DNA of 63,214 nucleotides, counting the filler, from Octopus bimaculoides (taxonomy: Eukaryota): assembly GCF_001194135.2 (NCBI RefSeq). It is 4 parts of 4 records of this genome, joined end to end, with 100 filler letters (N's around TTAATTAATTAA, not from the genome) between each part and the next. Parts side by side here need not be neighbours in the genome. Positions count along the whole stretch, not along the records: positions 1 to 19,290 come from NC_068993.1; positions 19,391 to 39,641 come from NC_069000.1; 2 more parts are not named here. One strand, written 5' to 3'. Below, in pieces: positions 12,801 to 25,110 of the stretch. The notes below the pieces were generated by a model that was given only the letters and a program-made list of their open reading frames with translations, did no database searches and was not told where the DNA came from. The stretch's first letter is position 1, and the number at the start of each line of letters is the position of its first letter. The position numbers and the translations under genes were made by a program.

Positions 12801-14658
12801 TTCTTAAAGAAATTATATGTATTTGGATAAAGTACGGACAATGAGCAGACTCTTTTTCCTACGTAGCTAAAGGAAGGAATGTTTAAACGAAGTGTGTGAA
12901 AACATTATTTAACTTCAGAAAGCATTATTTATTACAGAAATGAAACATTGTGTAATNNNNNNNNNNNNNNNNNNNNNNNNNNNNNNNNNNNNNNNNNNNN
13001 NNNNNNNNNNNNNNNNNNNNNNNNNNNNNNNNNNNNNNNNNNNNNNNNNNNNNNNNNNNNNNNNNNNNNNNNNNNNNNNNNNNNNNNNNNNNNNNNNNNN
13101 NNNNNNNNNNNNNNNNNNNNNNNNNNNNNNNNNNNNNNNNNNNNNNNNNNNNNNNNNNNNNNNNNNNNNNNNNNNNNNNNNNNNNNNNNNNNNNNNNNNN
13201 NNNNNNNNNNNNNNNNNNNNNNNNNNNNNNNNNNNNNNNNNNNNNNNNNNNNNNNNNNNNNNNNNNNNNNNNNNNNNNNNNNNNNNNNNNNNNNNNNNNN
13301 NNNNNNNNNNNNNNNNNNNNNNNNNNNNNNNNNNNNNNNNNNNNNNNNNNNNNNNNNNNNNNNNNNNNNNNNNNNNNNNNNNNNNNNNNNNNNNNNNNNN
13401 NNNNNNNNNNNNNNNNNNNNNNNNNNNNNNNNNNNNNNNNNNNNNNNNNNNNNNNNNNNNNNNNNNNNNNNNNNNNNNNNNNNNNNNNNNNNNNNNNNNN
13501 NNNNNNNNNNNNNNNNNNNNNNNNNNNNNNNNNNNNNNNNNNNNNNNNNNNNNNNNNNNNNNNNNNNNNNNNNNNNNNNNNNNNNNNNNNNNNNNNNNNN
13601 NNNNNNNNNNNNNNNNNNNNNNNNNNNNNNNNNNNNNNNNNNNNNNNNNNNNNNNNNNNNATATATATATATATATACACACATATATATATATGTATAT
13701 ATTTATATATATATGCATTTGTGTGTGTGTGTGTGTGTGTGTGATTAGGTAAGGGGTTATGGTATTAATTCTCGTTCTTGTTAGTAATGCACAAAATATC
13801 ACCTCCTGGTCTTGTTCTTTTTATCTAAAATAATTGCTGAATTTTGGTCACATCTTTTTATCATTCTGCTTTTCTGTTTGGTACATTTCTAACTGGCAGC
13901 AGTGTCTGGTTGTCATAGCTACAAGAATTGTGCAGTGAAAAAAATAATAATAATAATAATGATATAAAAAAAAAATTAAAACAGCTAAAAATAAAAGGAA
14001 GAAAAACTTTAAAAAAAAGACCCTAACAGAAATCACTGGATAGCATATTACCATGATGATGGAACACTACTAAGAAGAAGAAAAATAATGATATTATAAT
14101 ACTACTACTAATAATAATAATGATAGTGTCAATGATGATGATTATGATGATGATAATTACTGTTACTATGTTAACAACAACAACAACTAAAAAAAAGTAT
14201 GATAGTACTGAAAGACAATAAAAAATGATTTTGCAATTGTACATACATGAGATGGTAATGAAGTATAAAAACGCATACAATATTAGTTTTGAGAAATGAA
14301 CTGATATGTTGAATTGTCTGTTGTTAAACTTCCTCCTACTTCTTTATCTTTGCTATTCTGATGTAAATTTTACTATTGATTTCTATTTCATCACAAAGTG
14401 TGGAAGAATAAAATAAATATAGTGTTTTGGAAACAAAAACCAAGTGTTTTACCAAGAGATATTCCAATGATGTAGATAATTTTTGTGCTTTCAATCTTTT
14501 CTTATTTGTGTATTTTCTTACTTCCTGTGTTGAGGCATAACAGTTTGTGTTCAAAACCACAATATATTCATTCGCTGTACTGTATCATTAAAGAAGATAT
14601 TTCACTGCATCTGTTTCTTATTTTTTGTGTTTTTACTTGCTGCATGTGGAGAAAAGTG

Positions 14659-14873
14659 GAGGTGGTGCATGGCTTAGTGGTTAGAGTGTTGGACTCATGA
14701 GCATAAGATTGTGGATTTGGTTTCTGGACTGGGCGATGCACTGTGTACTTGATTTCACGTTACTCCAGTCCACTCTGCTGGCAAAAATGAATAATCCTGC
14801 GATGGACTGGCATCCCATCCAGGGAGGAATGTATGCACCAGAGAAACCAGGAAGCCAGCTCTATGCTCCTTGC
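14659..14873 (+). mobile_element. tRNA-headed SINE (family S5)
   Basis: gcatggcttagtggttagagtgttggactcatgagcataagattgtggatttggtttctggactggg head; body ccactctgctggcaaaaatga.taatcctgcgatggactggcatcccatccag. Confidence 0.75.
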
Positions 14874-14970
14874 AGTCTTGGAGGGCCTACAAAGGACATG
14901 AGTACTGCTCCTGCCTTAACAATGTTGAGAAAGGAGCAGTACTTATGTCCTTTGTAGGCCCTCCAAGACT
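14874..14970. other. Near-perfect hairpin: 39-bp arms, 19-nt loop
   Basis: 14874-14912 agtcttggagggcctacaaaggacatgagtactgctcct pairs with 14932-14970 with a single non-Watson-Crick (G-U on +) position. Confidence 0.9.
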
Positions 14971-15890
14971 TGATGCTGTTAATGTTCCATTTAAGATGTT
15001 AGTCTCGCTCAGGAGTTGGCATAATGGTCAATATTGACCCCTGAGGGGTGACAAACCCTTGAAATGATTTTGAGCATTGGTTAGTCCACATTATTCTATA
15101 AGGAACATAGAGCCAGTTTCTCTGTTTCTCTGGTGTGTATACTTCTCCCTGGACAGTATGCTATCAGCTGAGTGGACTGGAGCAACGTGAAATGAAGTGT
15201 TTTACTCAAGAACATAAAGCTTTTGCTTTGTCCAAGATTCAAAACCACAATCATATGATCATGAATGGACTGCTATGCCATGTGCCTCCATGATTTTTGA
15301 TTTTGATTTTGAGCATTTAGGGGCTGAATTTAGAAGTATACCATTATTTAAGGCTAAAACTCACAAATGGTGTTGCAATATCTAGTATTAACTAGTTACA
15401 GATTTCACATTATATATTCTGACCATATCAATATAGTATGACTGAATTTATTGTTCTTTATCAATTTTGTGAAATATTTTCGATAAATTTCTATAAATAT
15501 TTATCATTAAAAAAAATAAAATTGTAATGACACAAAAGAATGAAAGAATTATTGTTTTTAAATCAAGAAATTTTTTATTAATTACATTTTTTTAAAAACT
15601 ATTTTAGAAATTTACATGATAGGAATTGATAAGTTATCGACAGTTCCAAGAAGAAGTCAGTGTTATATAAAGTTTACCAAACCCTAGTATGGTTAGATGA
15701 GAAATAGGCTGGCTACTAACAGTTTTCTGCTACAAGAATACAGGAAATGATTTTGGTTTATGTTTTCTGTCAGAATTCCATACACAGCTTCTGTTTAACC
15801 TGCCCAAATTATATTGTCCTTTTTGTAGTAAGAAATGTCTATTTGAGACTACAATATTACTGTTTCTTTGAAGGTGGTGGCTCCTTTGAA

Positions 15891-16566
15891 GGATCTTCTC
15901 TATATACAATATTTAGTTGATAACCACACTGTATGCGATATCTTTCCTCATTGATTTCATTAGGAAGTCACATGAGAAGCTTATCAGTATTTCTTCTGGT
16001 TCTCTATATTCTGAGTTCAAAACTTTGCCTTTCATCCTTTTGGGGTCAATAAAGTAAGTACCAGTTGTGTACTGGGTTTGAACTAACCGACTGGTCGCCT
16101 CCCCAAAAATTTCAGGCCTTGTGCCTAGAGTAGTAAAGAATATTGAAATAAATTTATCAGTATCATTAATACTTATTAAATTCATAATTATTATAGACAT
16201 ATTCACTAGTGAGACCTATTGAAATTCTACATTTCATATATATAGAATTTTTCTTACTTTTATTATGATGCATAAATTTTTATCAATTTATGTATCTTAG
16301 CATTGTTTCAGTTGCTGAAGATTTTTATGATAATGAGCTAGACAGTGGGTTGACGATACTGGAAAATAGGATTTAGATAACATATTATGTTAATAACAAT
16401 ATAACAGGTATTAAGCATAACTCAGAAATTGTGAATTTAATAAAAAAAATATTTGAAGATTAGTAAATAGAATTTAGAAAATTCTAGTATTTAGTTTAGG
16501 ATCTTCTCTATATACAATATTTAGTTGATAACCACACTGTATGCGATATCTTTCCTCATTGATTTC
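15891..16566 (+). repeat. Identical 68-bp direct repeat, copies at 15891-15958 and 16499-16566
   Basis: ggatcttctctatatacaatatttagttgataaccacactgtatgcgatatctttcctcattgatttc occurs twice, 608 bp apart. Confidence 0.9.
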
Positions 16567-17189
16567 TTTGCTTGTTGGTCTGCATTATTTCAACTCCAGT
16601 AGCCAATGATTTTTTTAGACATGTAAGAGACATGTAATTGTCCATAGCTGAACGCTGGCTGTGGTAAATATATTTCTGCGTTATTGAAAGGTCTGACCTT
16701 GTACTAAATATATTTTTACTTTATTGAAAATCTGACCTTGTGTTTTGTTTATAGGCATAGAGCATTATAAACATGGTAGAAATTTGATCCTTTCCATTTT
16801 AAATACTGAATTTGTGTCAGTTGGAACCCTTCAAATTCTAGATGTGGAATCTTATTGTCTGATTAACCATTCAGCATTTAAACCAGCCCACGCCCACAAC
16901 CTCTGTGGAATTTGAACTCAGAACATAAGGGAGCCAGAAGAAATGTAGATAAGTGTTTTGTACAACTTGATAATGATTCTGCCAGCTTGCCTTCAAGGAA
17001 ATAGTAATATTGTTGTCTCAATAAGACATTTCTTACTACGGAAAGGACAATATAATTCGCTCAGGTTAAACAGAAGCTACATACTGAGTTCCTTGTTCCT
17101 TTGGATAATGTAAACTAGAATCATTTCCTGTATTCTTGTAGCAGAAAACTTCTAGTAGTCCCATACTGCTAACCTATTTCTCATCTAGC

Positions 17190-17616
17190 CAGATGTTTGA
17201 ACATCTGTTTTATTTTCAAACTGATCTGATCTGGCTTCTCAGACTTACTGTATAATGCCGTTCTAAAAATAAACAATCACATCAAAATCTCATAGATTTG
17301 AGATAGTGCCTGAGTAATTTAAAACTATGTGAATGAATAAGCATTACATTCGACAGAGGAATCTGAATGCTAAAGGCGGCGAGCTGGCAGAATCGTTAGC
17401 ACGCCGGGCGAAATGCTAAGCGGTATTTCGTCTGCCGTTACGTTCCGAGTTCAAATTCCGCCAAGGTCGACTTTGCCTTTCATCCTGTCGGGGTCGATAA
17501 ATTAAGTACCAGTTACGCACTGGGGGTCGTTCTAATCGACTTAATGCCTTTGTCTGTCCTTGTTTGTCTCCTCTATGCTTAGCCCCTTGTGGGCAATAAA
17601 GAAATAAAAGGGTTTA
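17190..17616 (+). mobile_element. piggyBac-type MITE remnant with an S2 SINE inserted in its right terminus
   Basis: The body (ttcaaact...ctacaatg..ctaaaaataaacaatcac...aataagcattacatt.gacaga..aatctgaatgctaaagg) matches the 51.3-52.9 kb copies. The terminus gaatgctaaagg/gttaa is split by the SINE. Confidence 0.7.
17373..17607 (+). mobile_element. tRNA-headed SINE (family S2), young full-length copy, tail type A
   Basis: aaggcggcgagctggcagaatcgttagc...gagttcaaattcc (B-box-like)...gtcgactttgcctttcatcc..ggggtcgataaattaagtacc...ccccttgtgggcaataaagaaataa. CpGs intact. Confidence 0.85.
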
Positions 17617-17628
17617 AGGAACTACTTA

Positions 17629-18089
17629 TTACCAAACATCTACACAGGTTTGATGCAGATTGGGAATCTTCACTATGGTTCCATTGAAAACACCTTGTTC
17701 AGTGGTTAATTCAGGTAAAAGCGTTTTAACTGACCCAGTTTTCAAATTTAGAACATTTGGTTACGTTTCAATGAAGGTGAACAAGTTCAGTAGTTCAGTA
17801 CCGTTCACCTTCTAGGTCAGTCATTGTTACATTTAATTGTACTGGAATATTTTTGAGAATTACACCTGGAAGGAGTGTTATTACTTCTTCGCCGATTGCA
17901 AGATAATATGCATTTAAGGGGTTAGAGAACAACATATGATAGCTTCTCTTCCTGTGTTGTATTACTAAATATGTGATTGACTATTGATCCCTCAACACAC
18001 ATCATATCAGGTGTCTCCACATCGTCATTGGTAAACGACTGGTTTCCGACTGAAGCTGTTCTATTTCCACTTGGAAGTAACCTGTTTGC

Positions 18090-18122
<33 letters not shown>

Positions 18123-18215
18123 TGAATGTTCTACTGAGTCAAAGATGGGAGAGCTGAAAGGATGTCTGTGTCTGTTTGGATCTACACAGGCACCTAAAAC
18201 AATTAGCAAAACCAT
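17629..18215 (-). pseudogene. Degenerate coding-like tract resembling a secreted glycoprotein fragment (unidentified)
   Basis: ATG at 18215 gives MVLLIVLGACVD..., then a (GA)n insertion, then NRT/NQS/NTT/NVT/NGT/NGT sequons across several frame-shifted or stop-separated segments ending ...FNGTIVKIPNLHQTCVDVW*. No family recognised. Confidence 0.3.
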
Positions 18216-18221
18216 GGGATA

Positions 18222-18308
<87 letters not shown>

Positions 18309-19290
18309 CAGTGGCATGCAAAGTTTCAGATAAGCTGATATTCTTTGAAATGCAACCAGAGATGGGAGCACTTAATACAAATGTCAATAATAACAATTAT
18401 TATGGCCCATGGAAGTCATCATCATCAACATCATCATCATCATTTTAATGTCCACTCTTCCATGCTTGCAATGAGTCAGATAGGGTTTGTTGAGGCAGAT
18501 TTTTTTTTACAGCTGGATGCCTTTCCTGTCAACACCCTCAGTTGTTTCCAAGCAAGGTAATATTTTCCACAGTTAGACATGTTCTCTTTTTAAAGAAAGA
18601 TTGGAAATAAACAACCTCACTTGTATGACAGTGATGCTCATTTACAACCATCACATGATGTCTTGACAAGAGTCCACACAAACACACTGACACACACATA
18701 CACTGACACACACACACACACACATATATTAGGTTGAGGAAAAAGTTTGTATGCTGCGTTAAAATGATGCTTTTTTATATTTTTTTGTGGTGTGTGTGTT
18801 CAGTTCATGTCATGAAGGCGGTGCTCCAGCATGGCCGCAGTTAAATGACTGAAACAAGTAAAAGAGAGAATATATATATATATCATCATCATCATATATA
18901 TATATATATATATATGTAAGGTCGACTGTGTGAACTCATAAAAGGAGAAATGGTGACGAATGGAAAAACAGAGGACTCCTTTTATTTAAACGTGTCACAC
19001 GGTCGAACACAAAATTATATATATCAAAGATGATATACATGATGTTATACGACGATAACATAGATGACCAGTAATGAAAGACCACAACCGTATTAGATGA
19101 ATAACAGAGATATTTATTGTAGCGTTAAAGATGTATGTCTGTGTGAGAGTGTGAATGCGACATATAAGAACATAATCAAAGACAGGCCGTCATACAAAGA
19201 AAAGTGTGTATGTGAGTGATACATGTGTGTGAGTTATTACAGCAGATGGAAAGAGAGTCAATAACACGTGAGCAATTATACCAGTTCTTT

Positions 19291-19390
19291 NNNNNNNNNN
19301 NNNNNNNNNNNNNNNNNNNNNNNNNNNNNNNNNNTTAATTAATTAANNNNNNNNNNNNNNNNNNNNNNNNNNNNNNNNNNNNNNNNNNNN
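19291..19390. other. Artificial scaffold-join linker N44-TTAATTAATTAA-N44
   Basis: Exactly 44 N, a 12-bp palindrome with TAA in all six frames, and 44 N. The same construct recurs twice more. Confidence 0.9.
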
Positions 19391-19432
<42 letters not shown>

Positions 19433-19576
19433 CAGATATATACAGTTACAGAGTGCAAGATGCATATTAGCCATTTGTCACAAGCCAAAACAAGTACACC
19501 TCTCATGCATACATACATACATACATAAATGCATATATGTTAACATACAACCCATATACATACTTATACGTACGCT

Positions 19577-19607
<31 letters not shown>

Positions 19608-19909
19608 ATTTATTTATTTATACACACACATATACACACACATATCCATGGGTATACTCATACACACCACTTTTATACATTTTCGTTTAACAGGACGAAA
19701 TGGGCAACAAAATAATATTAACATTACTATTAATATTACTAATAATATTAATGATGATAATAAGAGAAGCAGAAAAAATATGAAAACTACTGAACAGGAT
19801 AGAGATCTTCATAAACAGACCGGAAATGGATATTAACCGGAAGACCACATCTGAAATACAGGAAATTAATGAAAAAAAAAAAGGAAGGGAAATAGGGAAA
19901 TGGTTCTGC

Positions 19910-19951
<42 letters not shown>

Positions 19952-20141
19952 CATATGTCTTGCATTTTAACCAAACAAAGAATCCGTCCCATGCGTAAAC
20001 TAAGGTAGATTTTACAGACACAGAAAATATATTTGTCTTGATAATAGTTTAGTGGAATCTTTATCCCAAGTTTACTTGGTTGTATCTAGTATACGCCTGT
20101 ATACATCGCTCAAATATCAACACAAAACGAGTGCACACGCG

Positions 20142-20184
<43 letters not shown>

Positions 20185-22051
20185 CGCCTCAATCGTGAAG
20201 AATGGTCAATCTAAAATGTAATTTCCACTACCATAACAATAATACTTTATTTTGTCAATGACTTTTCCTAAATCTTATAAATACCGACAACACAGGTCAC
20301 CGCAAGTTTCCTGAGATTCTCATATTTAATATAATATAAAGTTATCAAATATGTTTATTTAAGCTGTCTATTTTTTAATGAATGTCTTCGTACTTGTCCG
20401 CTGTTGCTTGGATTTTCTGTCACTATATTGATATAAAGGAAACAAATTTTTATGACGTTTCTGTGTTCGTTAAATTTTTTATTAGATAAGTGATTCCTAG
20501 TATTTGCATTTATGTGTTCACCGTGTGGTATTTGCTAAAGTTGGGAAATCGCATTCGTTTTCTTAATGTCATTCTTATTTGTCTCATATAACTTTCTCCA
20601 CATCCTAATCTAGTTATATCATAAAACAGGTTTCCGGATGTACAGGTAACGTTATTCCTTATATTGAAATACTGCTCTTATGTATAAAAGAATTCTGAAC
20701 CTTGGAACAAGTTACAAGCATATTCCATGGTTTTTTGTTTTTTTACCATTTATTTTTTGTTGAATATGATTTAGTGGCTATGAATATTCTCTTTTGTGAG
20801 GAAGCTCTCTTTTGTGAGGAAGCTGTATTTTATTTCTTATAATTCTATGTATTTATTAAATCCATTTTAGCATCAGTGTATTTTGAAGAATGATATGACA
20901 AGCTTCGATGTTTCCAGGGTTGTGCGTAGAGACATCTGGTTACATGTTTCATTTCAGGTGTTTTATTTTGTTAAACTCGTAACAATATCTGGACACCAAT
21001 CTTCTTAGCTCGTTTTTTCTTATCATCTAGTAAAGGTAGTTAATATTGACAGTCGATCCGTACATTTGCTGATCAATTCTTGAAGTTGAATTTTGTGACT
21101 AATTGTATCGGACACAAATTTGCATATTATTTTGGTTAAATTGAAAGTTTATATAAAATTGTCCCAGTATGTCTCAGTTACACGAACTTAAGAGTGGATA
21201 TTAATTCAAGTCTGCGAGTTTGTAATATAGATCTATCGTCTCTAATTTCATCTAAGTAATGTCTATAAATGGTAGCTTTTCTTAACTGCAATTCACAACG
21301 GATTCGTTAGAGCGACAAAATTCTTTACTTTCTTATTTTGTATCTTACCACTATGAACTTCGCAGTCAACCAAACAAATGCCAGCGAAGAACTGGGATCG
21401 GTATCGCCGCCTTCCTATGTTTAAGCCTGAGTATCACTACAATCTAATTGGATGAGTGCCACAATTGGTGCCACAGTCTCACTATCTCAGAATTGGTCGT
21501 TGCTGACAATATGACGTCTTATAAAGAGAACAACAAAAGGAAGGCAACATGAAACCAGTTTTGTATTTTATGGCGGAAGTTCCATGACAGGTATATTGGC
21601 TTTTGTAAGGAATTCACCGAATTTCTTTCGAGAACTCGGTGGTGCAAAGAGGTTAGAGATTTAAGATTGACATAAGAATAAAAAACAGATCCCCAAAGTC
21701 TGAGGTAAAAACCAGCGACACATTGGAGTCGATGTCATCGACTTTAAGTCCTTCCCACAATTGTTGCCCACGTGCCAAAAATTAGAACCATTATTGGATA
21801 AGCTTTTCTAAGTGAATCTCCATTGAACTGGATTGCGGCGTCCTTTTGAGAAGTCTTGATACAAAGGGACAGGAGGAAAGGGAAGCAATAATGGGTCTGG
21901 TCTTGATCAAAGGCATTAAGCAAAAGGCGTGAGTTCGAATTCTGACCAGGGCACTCACTAAGAAGAAGAAAAAATTCTGTTGTTTCGTTAGTTCCATGAT
22001 TGATTAAGAATAAAGAATATCCAAATATATTCCGAATCTTCATACTCAGAG

Positions 22052-22082
<31 letters not shown>

Positions 22083-22808
22083 TTCTTCTTCTTCTTCTTC
22101 TTCTTCTTCTTTCCGTTACTCATCCCTTGTTCACTTTCTGCTCACTTTCTTCCACCACACCCAACACCTCCACCACATTCATCAGTGCCCCACCCATTAT
22201 CATCATCATCAGCGCCACGACTATTACCATCACCAGCACCACCAGCACCACCACCATGTCACCACCACTTTCGTCATTATAACCAGCACTACCACAACCA
22301 CCAACATCAACATCACAACCATCATCTTCNNNNNNNNNNNNNNNNNNNNNNNNNNNNNNNNNNNNNNNNNNNNNNNNNNNNNNNNNNNNNNNNNNNNNNN
22401 NNNNNNNNNNNNNNNNNNNNNNNNNNNNNNNNNNNNNNNNNNNNNNNNNNNNNNNNNNNNNNNNNNNNNNNNNNNNNNNNNNNNNNNNNNCCACCACCGC
22501 CGCCGCCACCGCCGCCGCCACCGCCGCCGCCACCGCCGCCGCCACCATTGCCATCGTGCAGCGAGGAAGATGGAGGGAAGCAACTGGTGACATAGGATAT
22601 AAGGGGAAGCGACGTGTCGTCTTCTTCAATAAGTTCTGCTCGAGTGGACAGTGATAGATAGGTTGTAATGTGTCATGGCGGCTCACATCATCAGAACAAC
22701 TGGACTGTTAGGAGCGGGGGGAGGGCAGCGATCAGCATCACATGTATATACATACGTACATACATACATACATACATACATATACATATGTATGTATGTA
22801 TATGTATA

Positions 22809-22846
<38 letters not shown>

Positions 22847-23559
22847 GTATGCATTTTTGCATATATCTGTATATAGTAGGTGTATGGCTGTATATATATT
22901 GTGTGTGTATATGTATATGTATATACGAATATATATACACATACTTAAAGTAGATATACTTTCATATATGACTGAGGGTATGCGTGTGTGCGTATGTTTA
23001 TATATATATACACACACACATATGTTTGAGTGTTTATATTATATATAATATATATATATAAATAAATGCATCTCCATATATGTGCACACACACACACATA
23101 CAAACACACACACATACGCACACAGAGGCGTGTTTTTGTGTGCGTGAGCGCACACGTATGTGTAAAAAACGTGACTGCTGTACAAGAAATAACCCCCCCC
23201 ACCACCACCACCACCACCACCTTCGGACCAATTTGTGGAAATGTTTCCGAGTAAAGAATCTTGGTCATCCGACACTCGTAATCTTTACATCAAGCGAGTT
23301 TTCTCTTCTCAAAGGGTTTTTTTTCACGAAAATTTTCTTTGCGATAATTTTTTGTAATTTGCTTTCATCATTCATCTTTCATTTAATATGTTTAATTCTT
23401 GTAAAGCAGGGGAAATTTATACATCCACAGCCCTTCGCTTCTGATATTCACCCTGCTATAGCAAATGTATCTCATAAGTATCACAGAAATCACGTTTGGC
23501 GCCGGGTGCATTTCAGATACCCACCTCTTCAGACATAGGACAAAATGCTGTTACCTTAC

Positions 23560-23830
23560 CTTAAGCGTGTACATCGAAAACATTGATGAAATTTGAACTG
23601 ATAATTTCTTAAATTGCTGGTCCGTAGCTGAAACCTTAACTCTTTGGAAAATATAATTTTACTGGGGTTAATCCCCTTAAGTTTTTTTCGTATTTTTAGC
23701 ATCTTTGTATTACGTAAGTGTGACTTTATGATATCTGGATTCAATATGTAGAAAGCTTGGTTGCGAACTCAGTACTTCAAGAGTTACTTTTCCCGAAGTT
23801 CTAACGTTTCTGTCAATTCAGGACCCTGTT
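23560..23830 (-). pseudogene. Possible pseudo-exon bounded by splice-like sites
   Basis: Acceptor ...ttttactatttaaagcag|AACAGG at 23830 and donor TTAAG|gtaagg at 23560. One frame reads EQGPELTETLELREK*LLKY*VRNQAFYILNPDIIKSHLRNTK... with two stops. No homology recognised. Confidence 0.2.
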
Positions 23831-23936
23831 CTGCTTTAAATAGTAAAAGTTACTTTTACACAAATATGAATTTATAATTCATGCAACTGAATTATTTGGA
23901 ACAGTAGGAAAATAACAGATATAACTAACTTTGACG

Positions 23937-24460
23937 TTAGGTCGCTTCATAAATATGACGAAACAATTACGCAAACTTTTGATGTGATTTATTCATTTGT
24001 GCACAATTTTGCACAAAGTTGCTGTTCTCAGGATTCAACATGAATGTGTACAAATGTACGTAATGGAAGACACCTGTTCTTTGATTTGTTATTTTTTTCA
24101 AAGCTATAATGGAAGTGACAAAAGAGTATATTCAGCATATTTTGCTTTATGAGTTCAATAAAGGCAACAACGCAACGGAAAGTGCGATGAATATTAATGC
24201 AGTAGATGGGGATCGGACAATAAACGTAAGCCAGTGTCAACGGTGGTTCTAGAAATACCGAGCCGGAAACTACAACCTAGAAGACGAACTTCGTCCTGCA
24301 TGAGCTATAGTGGACGTCCAGCAAACCCCGGTGGAACAAAATTTCATCGTAACTACTGAGGAACTCGCAGAGAAGCTCGGATTTGGTCATTCAACCATTC
24401 ATCAATACCTGCGTGCCATCGGAAAAGTCAGCAAATTGGGTTAATGGGTTCCTCACAATG
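23937..24460 (+). mobile_element. mariner transposase relic, N-terminal HTH region
   Basis: From ATG 24109: MEVTKEYIQHILLYEFNKGNNATESAMNINAVDGDRTINVSQCQRWF*KYRAGNYNLEDELRP...TTEELAEKLGFGHSTIHQYLRAIGKVSKLG*WVPH (WVPH is the mariner linker motif). A TIR-like ttaggtcg... lies upstream. Confidence 0.85.
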
Positions 24461-24721
24461 GGTCAATGGGTTCCTAACTTTCAAACCATCTATCCATTCT
24501 TCAGGAATGTTCAATACAGTGAACATCTAGATTTTTATACGAACGAAAAATTCAGATTATTCCCCTTTTACCATTATGGCAATTATGAATTAATCATGAA
24601 AAGCAAAAGAAGGACATTTTATAAAGATTATCATTCTGAAACTAGACCAAAATTAATGAATGATTATTAATTTTAAATTTTAGAAAATCTCATTACAAAT
24701 ATTATCATATCAAAAGACTAC

Positions 24722-24797
<76 letters not shown>

Positions 24798-25042
24798 GCG
24801 TATTCATACGTATATGCATGCATACCCACAACCTTAATTCACACGTATATACATACATTCTTACATATACACAGACGAATGAATATATACATACATACAT
24901 ACATACATACGTACACATATTCAGTCTATCGTAAGAGAGTGTAGACATATGACTTAAGAATAAAAAACAGAAACTATGAAAGAACTCTTCTACTTCTCTC
25001 GCCTAATTAATGGAGACGGTGGGGGGGAGGGTGTTTGGTATG

Positions 25043-25110
<68 letters not shown>

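Noticed and set aside
630-16790. Scattered microexon candidates (630, 5066, 7852, 9153, 10860, 10917, 12870, 14540, 16750)
   Set aside because: Splice-like motifs on both strands could not be joined into a consistent recognisable frame.
18915-19290. Gypsy-like LTR starting TGTAAGG
   Set aside because: No second LTR, PBS, PPT or TSD is visible, and it is cut by the linker.
19335-19346. TTAATTAATTAA as a biological palindrome or homeodomain site
   Set aside because: It is centred in symmetric 44-N pads three times, so it is a synthetic linker.
21352-21423. MNFAVNQTNASEELGSVSPPSYV* resembling a GPCR N-terminus
   Set aside because: It stops after 23 codons with no donor site and no downstream TM exon.
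21885-21958. tRNA-like element ctggtc...gagttcgaattct.gaccag
   Set aside because: Only about 55 nt between the paired ends, no D arm and an unpaired T stem; at best a decayed SINE head.
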